From Enterococcus phage nattely, in the sequence record MT119360.1: DNA of 64,000 bases. The stretch is one strand, 5' to 3'. The number at the start of each line of letters is the position of its first letter. The first letter of the stretch is position 1. The notes beneath the pieces are model-generated. The model saw nothing but the letters and a program-made list of their open reading frames with translations. It was not told the DNA's origin and made no database searches. The translations under genes and the position numbers were made by a program. Positions 56,790-64,000 of the stretch are shown in pieces.

Positions 56790-57957
56790 TCTCTGGAACC
56801 TCCATAATTTTATTATTTTCTAACCAAGCTCTAACTTCTGCTTGTACATCAGGCTTTTTCGTGGTTGTTGTCGTTGTTTCTGGTTCAGCTGCTGTTTCCG
56901 CTTTACCTTCTTCAACTTTCGTTTCGGCAACTGGTGTTTCTTCCGCTTTTTGTTCAGTTTCGTCAACACGAGTTTCTTCACTCGGTTCTTCAACTTTAGC
57001 CTCAGCTTTAGGCTCACCATTTTCGTCCTCAACAACGGCTTTTGTACCGTCTTCAGTTTTTTCAACTTTAGCTTTTTCTTCAGTAACAGGTTCTTCAACC
57101 TTTTCTTCAGTTACTTTTTCTTCAACAGTTGGTGTTGGTTCAGTTGGTTGGGCTGGAGTTGCAGCAGCTGCTGTAGGGTCCATTGGTGGAACTTGTGCAC
57201 TTGCAACTTGTGAAACTTGTTCCATTACCTGTTTCGCCATTTCCAATCCATCAAATGCGGACTTATCTACAATTTCTTGTAATAATTTATTTGTGTCTGC
57301 TTGATTCATTGCTAAAGTTGAAATAGCATCATACAACATTTTTGGTGTTACTTCCATATTGTCTGTATTCAAACCATTTCCTCCTATAAGAGCTCTAAAC
57401 TCCAGATCATTCGGAATTTCAACGTCAGCTACTTCCATACCGCGTGCCTCCAATAAAGTAGTTGGATATGCGGGAGTTTTTAGTGCTGAAACTTCAAATA
57501 GTTCAATTTCACTAATAGTTCGAAGTGGCATTCCGTCTGCAGCTAAAGACCAATCTTCATTTAATACTTTCATACCAAAAGAAAGACCTTTAATAATTCC
57601 ATCTTTTACTAATACATATAAGTCTCGTCCGTAACTTGTTGGAGACACAGTTGCTTCAAAATAAAGACCAACTTCGTCTTCTTCCAATTTTAACGAGCCA
57701 TTTGCAGTAGATGCTAAAATCTTTTTAGTATCATGATCGGCAAGTAAATCGATACTTTCTTTCAAGCGTTTTGCTTTTGCAATTGCATTTCTGAAAGTTC
57801 CTGGAGCAATTACTTCTCTCCATTTTTTCTTACCTTCTTTGCCAAGGATGTGACTTGATGCGTCAGTTGCTACATATCCTTGCAATTTCATTTCTTTCGA
57901 CTCTTCATCAACATCATTGATGTTCAAATCAAGAGCACGAACTTCAATTCCATCCAC
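56779..57957 (-). CDS. prohead protease (HK97 S78-type) fused to E/K/T-rich scaffold-like C-terminus
   Basis: N-terminal protease domain with GYVATDASSH...FGMKVLNEDW...EVSALKTPAYP; C-terminal low-complexity acidic region with a TTTTTT run. Confidence 0.65.
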   Translation of the reverse strand: MDGIEVRALDLNINDVDEESKEMKLQGYVATDASSHILGKEGKKKWREVIAPGTFRNAIAKAKRLKESIDLLADHDTKKILASTANGSLKLEEDEVGLYFEATVSPTSYGRDLYVLVKDGIIKGLSFGMKVLNEDWSLAADGMPLRTISEIELFEVSALKTPAYPTTLLEARGMEVADVEIPNDLEFRALIGGNGLNTDNMEVTPKMLYDAISTLAMNQADTNKLLQEIVDKSAFDGLEMAKQVMEQVSQVASAQVPPMDPTAAAATPAQPTEPTPTVEEKVTEEKVEEPVTEEKAKVEKTEDGTKAVVEDENGEPKAEAKVEEPSEETRVDETEQKAEETPVAETKVEEGKAETAAEPETTTTTTKKPDVQAEVRAWLENNKIMEVPENGN

Positions 57958-57984
57958 TATTTATCACTCTCCTCTGTATTATAT

Positions 57985-59265
57985 TTATTCCAATTGTTGT
58001 TGTTCTTGTTCAGCTTTTTGTGTTGCTTTACTCTGCATTGTATTCGGAATAATGAACTCATCATTTTCAGGACGATATAGAACAGAACCAAGTGACATCT
58101 TGAAGAAGTCAGGTTGATTTGTTTTGTTACGGTCAATTTCAGCACGAGCTTCGTAGAAACTAATTAAATTTCCATCAAATGCTGCAGCAACCGCTTCAGT
58201 TTTTTCTTTCATTGTTAGTTGAACTAACTTAGAAGTGTCCATTTTAAATTGTAGTCCATCAGCTTTTTCTGATTCCAATAACAATTCTTTGTTAACTGCA
58301 TTTTCAATAGCTGACACAATTGGGTTTATACATTGTTGTAAGAAAGCGATATTTCCCTGTTCACCAGAGCCGTATTTATTAGCTTCGGTATTAATCAAAA
58401 ATTCCGGAATATTTAACATTTGTGCAATAGCTTTATTTAAATATTGGCGCAATTCTTTCATTTGTAACTTTTGCGGATCAAGTGAAACAGGATTATATTG
58501 CAATCCTTCTTCTAAGATAATTGTTTTACCCGCATTTTCAGAACCGGCATATAAGTTTGAGAAAGAATTTTTTAAGTTAGCGAAAGCTTTTTCACTTAAT
58601 TTTTTCTCAGTTTGTAAAACTGCAATTGGTGCAGCACCATTTTTCATTACCGCTTTTGAAAATTGTTGTTCCGCTAAAGCTAGCCGAAGTAAATCTTCAT
58701 ACTGTCTTAAAATACCTTTACCAGTAAGGCCGTCTTTAGAATCACGTAAAATAGTTAGTAATTGATAACCATCAAATTCTTTTGTTCCACCAAAGTCGTT
58801 ATAAATTGTTTTTGCGAACTTTTTATAAACGTCAATTGAATAAACTTGAACTGTAATTTTCTTACTCTCCAAGAGATAAAGAGCTTTAATTGTATTTAAA
58901 TTTCTTTCAATCACAGAATTTGAAACGCCATATAATAAGTAGTCTCTCGCCATAGCTCTTTTATAAGTATAAGCGTCCATCATATCATTTGGCTGTTTGT
59001 TTAACAATACTAATCTAGGATCGTCGTCTTTTCTTGTGACGTCTCCTGACTCGGGATCTTTTTTGACTAGTGAAAATGGAAGTTGACCAATTGAAGATGC
59101 AATCATATCTACTGCTGCCGCGATAGCTGGAATAGATAAAGCGTCTTCTTCTGAGATAGATGTTGATCCACCAAAAAAAGATTCTAATGCCGTTTGACCG
59201 TATGTTACCGAACCATTAGACACTGGCATATTATTATCTTTTTTGAAAAAATCAAATAGTCCCAT
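57985..59265 (-). CDS. portal protein (HK97-family)
   Basis: 426 aa between terL and the protease. Confidence 0.75.
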   Translation of the reverse strand: MGLFDFFKKDNNMPVSNGSVTYGQTALESFFGGSTSISEEDALSIPAIAAAVDMIASSIGQLPFSLVKKDPESGDVTRKDDDPRLVLLNKQPNDMMDAYTYKRAMARDYLLYGVSNSVIERNLNTIKALYLLESKKITVQVYSIDVYKKFAKTIYNDFGGTKEFDGYQLLTILRDSKDGLTGKGILRQYEDLLRLALAEQQFSKAVMKNGAAPIAVLQTEKKLSEKAFANLKNSFSNLYAGSENAGKTIILEEGLQYNPVSLDPQKLQMKELRQYLNKAIAQMLNIPEFLINTEANKYGSGEQGNIAFLQQCINPIVSAIENAVNKELLLESEKADGLQFKMDTSKLVQLTMKEKTEAVAAAFDGNLISFYEARAEIDRNKTNQPDFFKMSLGSVLYRPENDEFIIPNTMQSKATQKAEQEQQQLE

Positions 59266-59281
59266 CTTTTAATCTCCTTCC

Positions 59282-60988
59282 TTATAAAATATAAACACCT
59301 CTAGATTCGTAAGAAGATGATCCTTCTTCGATTTCAGTGTTCCATAATGCGATTGCATCAATTGTTGCTGCTAACATATCGATCTTACCGGTCGATTTTT
59401 TCTTATTTACATAACTATTTAAGTTATTATCGAAAACTTCTCTAGCATTTGCAACATTTCGTTCAAAAAGAATATTAGGTTCGTATCCAACTTTTTGTTG
59501 AAGAACATATTCTTTTAATAATTTTGTCGGTGCATGTAAGGTGTTTGAATGTTGTTTCACTTCAATAACGTCATATCCACCTTCTTCATTCCATCTATTC
59601 ACAGACGAAATTGCATTCCATTTATCATATCCGATACCAAGAATGTTAACTCCATATTCCTTTTCCAATTTTAAAACAAAATCTTCAACGAATCTATAAG
59701 AGATAATTCGATCACCACAAGCAAAAGCATATCCATTTTCAATCATCATTTGATAATCGATTTTTTCTATTTTGCTTTTTTGATCTACACCCGAGGCTGG
59801 AATAAATGCCCAACTTTTTAGAATGAACTTATCTTCATAATGGTCGTAATGTACCATTGCAACAGAAGTATTATCTCCACTTTGAGCTAAATCGACTCCA
59901 ATATAAACGTCTTTTCCATACCAATCATACGCACCATCGAGTCTGTTTTTACGCAAATCTTCAGTTCTAATATATACTTCACTATCGTCACCATCGACGA
60001 AAATGTTCATATGTTTAGTCTTGAAGTTCTTTTGTGCGGACGGCATTTCAATAGCTTTTTTCCTTTGTTGGAAAAGATATTCTTTATTGTCTTCAATATC
60101 GATCGCTAAAGGATTAGCTTTTAAAAGTTCATCATCGTCAGTCCATTTTTTACTATCATCAGGACGATAAAGCATAGCGAATAATTTTTCGTCTTCAATA
60201 TCTCCGTGAATAACTTTAGTTGCATAATCTACTTCTTCAGTCATTGGATTATTTAAAGATTCGTAAGCAGTTGAAATTAAAATACCTGTACGATTTACCA
60301 TGTTCATTTGTGAAGATTTCATTGCATCAATAGGATAACGAGTTCTTAATGCTCCAACTTCATCGGCAACGAACACATTCGCTTTACGACCATCCATACG
60401 GTTTTCTGACGTCGCTAATGGAACAAATTTACTTTTAGTTAATTTACACCTTACTTCACCACGAACAATTTGGAAATGTTTGTTAATGAGTGGGCTTTTT
60501 TCAATTTGTTGTTCCATTTCTTTCTTAACGATTGATGATAATTCTCTATCCGGAGCTACAGAATAAAATTCAGAATATTCTGGCTCTATCAAAAGAAGCA
60601 AGATAAACAGAAGAGCGACTAAAAATGTTTTACCACTTTTACGACCAATCAATAATACTGATTGTTCATATCTTCGTTTTTCAGGCTCATCCTTATATTT
60701 CCAACATAAAACGTTCATAATAAAGAACCACTGGAAGGGAGCTAATGAATCCTTAACTGGTTGTCCTTGTCTAATTCCAGAAGCCATGTTAATTAATCCA
60801 GTTAACATTGTGATTTTTTTAGCAAGATTATAATCAAAGAAGAATTTGAAATTTTCGTCTTCTTCTTTTGTAAGATCTTCTAAAAATGTTTCACAAATTA
60901 TTTTAATATCTTTATTAGTTGGAAATTTATTTTCCGTAACATCGATGGCATACTTATATGACGGATGGTCTTTAAATGATTCATCCAT
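59282..60988 (-). CDS. terL: terminase large subunit
   Basis: Walker A LIGRKSGKT; 568 aa; C-terminal nuclease-type acidic residues. Confidence 0.85.
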   Translation of the reverse strand: MDESFKDHPSYKYAIDVTENKFPTNKDIKIICETFLEDLTKEEDENFKFFFDYNLAKKITMLTGLINMASGIRQGQPVKDSLAPFQWFFIMNVLCWKYKDEPEKRRYEQSVLLIGRKSGKTFLVALLFILLLLIEPEYSEFYSVAPDRELSSIVKKEMEQQIEKSPLINKHFQIVRGEVRCKLTKSKFVPLATSENRMDGRKANVFVADEVGALRTRYPIDAMKSSQMNMVNRTGILISTAYESLNNPMTEEVDYATKVIHGDIEDEKLFAMLYRPDDSKKWTDDDELLKANPLAIDIEDNKEYLFQQRKKAIEMPSAQKNFKTKHMNIFVDGDDSEVYIRTEDLRKNRLDGAYDWYGKDVYIGVDLAQSGDNTSVAMVHYDHYEDKFILKSWAFIPASGVDQKSKIEKIDYQMMIENGYAFACGDRIISYRFVEDFVLKLEKEYGVNILGIGYDKWNAISSVNRWNEEGGYDVIEVKQHSNTLHAPTKLLKEYVLQQKVGYEPNILFERNVANAREVFDNNLNSYVNKKKSTGKIDMLAATIDAIALWNTEIEEGSSSYESRGVYIL

Positions 60989-61026
60989 AAGTAAACCTCC
61001 AATTAGATAGCTTTTATTAAGCCAAA

Positions 61027-61098
61027 CAGGTCGTAGAAGATTCGAACTCCTATCACTTGGGTTGGAGCCAAGTATGTTACCAATTACACCAACAACCT
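61027..61098 (-). tRNA. tRNA-Trp (anticodon CCA)
   Basis: folds by hand: acceptor AGGTTGT/ACGACCT (7 bp incl. G-U), U8, D-stem GTGT/ACAT, D-loop with GG and A14/A21, anticodon stem CTTGG/CCAAG with loop CTCCAAC (U33, CCA, A37), T-stem AGGAG/CTTCT, T-loop TTCGAAT, discriminator G; no encoded CCA. Confidence 0.6.
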
Positions 61099-61299
61099 AT
61101 GTGAAACTAAAAAGTTTCACTAAAAAAGAAAAAAAAGGAAGTTATGACTAGAAAAGTAGAAAGTAGAAAGGTGTTCAGAGAACACAATGATAGCCAATCG
61201 GAATCGCACCGATTCAAAAAGGCTTGTCAACCTTAATGTCTACTAAGAAGCTACCGCATTTAATGTTCCACCTTTAATGGCAGCGGGACGCCAATTTTA

Positions 61300-61569
61300 T
61301 TAAATTAATTTACGAATTGTTTTTCCATTATCATTCAATAACCAAGCTTGAGAAATTTTGCTTCCTTCAAGATAAACTTGATTACTAACAATTTCACCAT
61401 CAATTTTTTCTAATGTAACCATTCTGTCGTCTTCTTTTAATTTTAATTTATAACCATTTTCAGTTGCAAATGCTCCATAAACTCCATCAAGATAATCAAC
61501 GACTAACTTCATTTTCTTACTTGAATCTTCACTTGAAATATCGATACAACGATCAATTTGTAATAACAT
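61300..61569 (-). CDS. hypothetical protein between terS and terL
   Basis: 89-aa ORF with GGAGAG RBS. Confidence 0.45.
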   Translation of the reverse strand: MLLQIDRCIDISSEDSSKKMKLVVDYLDGVYGAFATENGYKLKLKEDDRMVTLEKIDGEIVSNQVYLEGSKISQAWLLNDNGKTIRKLI

Positions 61570-61712
61570 ATAAAATCTCTCCTATCTTTCTGTCTAATTA
61601 ATAATATGTTATATATTATGTAGGCAGACTAACAAAAAACCTAAAACATTAGTCTGAGTTTTTTAAAGGTATCCAGTTTTAAAATCGAAATATAATGTGA
61701 CCGTTTCGGTCT

Positions 61713-62210
61713 CTATGATTTCAATGCGGCTAACAGCGGATCTTCTTCCTCTTCTTTTGCCTCAACTTTAAGTTGGCTTAAACTAGCCCTTGCTGAAGGA
61801 GATAATCCAAGTTGTCCACACAAAGCTCTATATTGTGTTAAATATGCTAATTTCGTTTTTACCATTGGATGTTCTTTTGGAATTGTATTTCCAAACTTAT
61901 CATAAGAATCATATTTGATTCCTTCACGAGCTAAAATTTCATCAGCTTGTTTCATTTTTGAAAGACAATCGGCCGTTTGCGATAATAACGGCACGTCTAA
62001 ATTAGACAAAAATCCTGATTCGCTGAATTCATTAATTAGAAATTGATAATATTCTTGGGCATAATCGTCTATATCGTCTGGAACAATCCACACTAAATCG
62101 TCATTTCCTGCCATTTCTTTTTCAACTTCTGCTCGTTCGTTTAAATCTTCTTTTGTTTCACTTTTACCAGCTTTAACTGTTGCTGGTTTTCTTGGTCTTG
62201 CCATATTCAT
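61713..62210 (-). CDS. terS: terminase small subunit (P27 family)
   Basis: N-terminal MNMARPRKPATVK typical of P27-family TerS; adjacent to HNH and terL. Confidence 0.7.
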   Translation of the reverse strand: MNMARPRKPATVKAGKSETKEDLNERAEVEKEMAGNDDLVWIVPDDIDDYAQEYYQFLINEFSESGFLSNLDVPLLSQTADCLSKMKQADEILAREGIKYDSYDKFGNTIPKEHPMVKTKLAYLTQYRALCGQLGLSPSARASLSQLKVEAKEEEEDPLLAALKS

Positions 62211-62216
62211 TCCTCC

Positions 62217-62633
62217 TTATAAATTAAACGAATCGTCAACTGGTGGCTCCCAATCAAAATCGATACCATTTAATCCTAGTTGAATATTGCAAGTCTTACA
62301 TAAAGTTATAATATTATCTTCTTCAAATGTTAATTCCGGATAATAAATACGTGGCTTAATGTGGTGAACTTGTAATTGATCACCATTAATAATGTTGTAT
62401 TTAATATAGCAACGTTGGCAAATATGATTATCTCTTGCAATAATTCTTAATCTTAATTTTCTCCATCTTCGAGATTCTAATGGTTTTAAAGTTTCAATAT
62501 TTTTTCTTCTGTATTCTCGACGTCGAGCATTTGACTCTTGTCTTGCTTTTTCTTTTCCAGGACAATTATGTTTAGAATCTGCTATTTTGCCGCAATATCG
62601 ACAGATCGTTTTTCTCTCCGGCATTTTCAGCAA
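62217..62633 (-). CDS. HNH endonuclease (packaging-associated)
   Basis: CRYCGK...C...HHIKPR...CKTCN zinc/HNH motif, immediately upstream of terS. Confidence 0.75.
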   Translation of the reverse strand: MLKMPERKTICRYCGKIADSKHNCPGKEKARQESNARRREYRRKNIETLKPLESRRWRKLRLRIIARDNHICQRCYIKYNIINGDQLQVHHIKPRIYYPELTFEEDNIITLCKTCNIQLGLNGIDFDWEPPVDDSFNL

Positions 62634-62760
62634 TCAACTCCCATTCTAAATCTAAATTGTCGTCATGGATGTTAATTTCAAATCCACAATTTGGACATTC
62701 ACTAACATTAAAATAATCTATTTTTGACCAACAATTTGGACATTCAATTAAATTTTCCAT
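62572..62760 (-). CDS. small zinc-ribbon protein
   Basis: CPNCWSK...CPNCGF double CxxC; first gene of the late block. Confidence 0.4.
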   Translation of the reverse strand: MENLIECPNCWSKIDYFNVSECPNCGFEINIHDDNLDLEWELIAENAGEKNDLSILRQNSRF

Positions 62761-62791
62761 AGCTAACTCCTAAAGTTAACTCTTTATCTCT

Positions 62792-62808
62792 TATATTATA
62801 TATAAGTA
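62792..62808 (-). promoter_or_regulatory. candidate late-promoter motif (minus strand ACTTATATATAATATA) at the start of the structural block
   Basis: 17-mer identical to 51957-51973; lies in a divergent control region. Confidence 0.4.
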
Positions 62809-62832
62809 TTACACATGTTTTTTATATATTTT

Positions 62833-62865
62833 TTCAAAAAATGTTTACTTTTTTCATGAAACATG
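62833..62865 (+). promoter_or_regulatory. sigma-A promoter for rightward early genes (TTTACT-17-TATAAT) with palindromic spacer
   Basis: gtttacttttttcatgaaacatgatataat; spacer contains tcatgaaacatga. Confidence 0.55.
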
Positions 62866-62905
62866 ATATAATTTAATTATACTAAAAGAAGTGAGGTTGT
62901 TTAGA

Positions 62906-63061
62906 TGGAAGAAAAGATTTTTATCGTGTATGTAAAAACAATTAATGGCAGTGATAATTTGATGCCAATATCAGCGATATCAGAAGAAGAAGCAACACAA
63001 AAAGCTCTTAAAAGTAGTTTAGTTTCTGAAGTAATTGGAGTTGATAAAAATGGTAAGTAGA
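62906..63061 (+). CDS. small hypothetical protein
   Basis: 51 aa with GAGGTTG RBS after the promoter. Confidence 0.4.
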
Positions 63062-63913
63062 ATGGGTAAAAATAAAGTGAAAATTACGACAAGACGAGTC
63101 GCAATTACGGAAGATGTTCCACTTGGAAGATATGTTAAAATCAAAAGCAACGGTTATATTTTTGTTAATAGTTTAAACAAAGCAACTATTTTTGATAATA
63201 TCGATCGAGCAAAACAAGCTATGGAAAAATATAATATTGAAGATTTTGGTTTAAATTTTGCTCCAATTGTTGTAGATAATTCTAAACATGGAAAAGGAAT
63301 TAAAACTGCTTCAAGAAATATTATGAAAAATATTAGAGAAATTGCAGTTGTTGATGATCTTACAAAAGAATATGTTGAATCACTTATTTTTGGAAAGAGC
63401 TTTTCTTATTTTTCACTTGATTCAAAATATATTTTATCTCACCAAAAAGAATTGAAAGATGAAGTGCTAAATAAAATTGGCAAGCTAATTGAATTCCATA
63501 ATCATTGCGATAAATATTATGTTGTTTCAATTCTTCCAAATAAAACTTCAAAAGAAATGATCGCAAAAGAATGTAAAGGTTGCGCAATTTGTGATGTGAT
63601 TCAAGATTTAGCTTCATTTTTAGATGTTCCCGAAATGAGCAAAATTTATAAAGTTTCGACAATGCAAGATACAGATCGTCATAAAAAATATGATATGGAT
63701 AATTTGGAAGATTTAGCTGAAATGTATTTCGATTTTGTTACTCTTCGCAATAGTGGATATTCACCGAAAAATATCGCAAAAATGTATGGCATTTCTTACG
63801 AACAACATTGTGAAAATTATGATCGACTTCTTGAAAGTGAGTTCCATGAAATTGTTGGTCGCAAAAATCGAGGCATTGAAAAAGTCGAACGACGAACAAG
63901 GATAGATATTTAA
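63035..63913 (+). CDS. Cys-cluster protein with C-terminal sigma-region-4-like HTH (candidate transcription regulator)
   Basis: HNHCDKY...CKGCAICD; HTH LRNSGYSPKNIAKMYGISYEQ. Confidence 0.45.
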   Translation: MELIKMVSRMGKNKVKITTRRVAITEDVPLGRYVKIKSNGYIFVNSLNKATIFDNIDRAKQAMEKYNIEDFGLNFAPIVVDNSKHGKGIKTASRNIMKNIREIAVVDDLTKEYVESLIFGKSFSYFSLDSKYILSHQKELKDEVLNKIGKLIEFHNHCDKYYVVSILPNKTSKEMIAKECKGCAICDVIQDLASFLDVPEMSKIYKVSTMQDTDRHKKYDMDNLEDLAEMYFDFVTLRNSGYSPKNIAKMYGISYEQHCENYDRLLESEFHEIVGRKNRGIEKVERRTRIDI

Positions 63914-64000
63914 TTTTTTATTAAATTTTTAATTTTTATATTATATAACGCCACACACCGGTTACCCTTAATAAACGTTTTGGTACCTGGTGTGTTGTCT

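Noticed and set aside
56779-57957. Poly-Thr run (TTTTTT) in the protease/scaffold C-terminus as another glycosylation tail
   Set aside because: It is internal, not followed by the x-G-G terminus, and lies in a generic E/K/T/A-rich scaffold region. It is probably compositional.
61150-61290. Second tRNA-like stretch upstream of the tRNA-Trp (hairpins atcgg...ccgat, gtgttc...gaacac)
   Set aside because: No cloverleaf with a proper T-loop and acceptor pairing could be folded by hand; more likely packaging-site or terminator hairpins.

Overview
This window reads as most of a siphovirus-type phage genome from a low-GC Gram-positive host, about 33% GC, in two opposed transcription blocks. Plus-strand genes from about 62,900 to the window end and from 1 to 37,172 form an early/middle block. 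They are DNA replication (DnaB-like helicase, primase, RecJ-like nuclease, DnaE/PolC-type polymerase, type II topoisomerase A and B subunits, RusA, RNase H), nucleotide metabolism and many small genes. This block carries about 27 near-consensus sigma-A promoters (TTTACA-17-TATAAT), many fused to terminator hairpins. Minus-strand genes from 62,760 down to 37,215 form the late block: HNH, TerS, TerL, portal, prohead protease, HK97-like capsid, connectors, tail tube, chaperones, tape measure, Dit, Tal, two receptor-binding paralogs, holins, a signal-peptide endolysin and a tyrosine recombinase. A tRNA-Trp lies next to terL. Two candidate systems stand out. The first is a T4-like glucosyl-5-hydroxymethylcytosine DNA hypermodification module (gp42-like dCMP hydroxymethylase, an unmistakable T4 beta-glucosyltransferase homolog, dUTPase plus a second dUTPase-family enzyme, thymidine kinase, P-loop kinases and a second GT-B-like glycosyltransferase). 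The second is a possible virion O-glycosylation system. A DxD GT-A glycosyltransferase sits between the capsid and connector genes. The tail tube ends in a poly-Thr tail with the final residues IGG, the capsid gene has a matching Thr-rich tail in the -1 frame past its stop, and an orphan small early protein ends in poly-Thr-VGG. All functional calls rest on motifs and remembered family sequences; no database search was possible.
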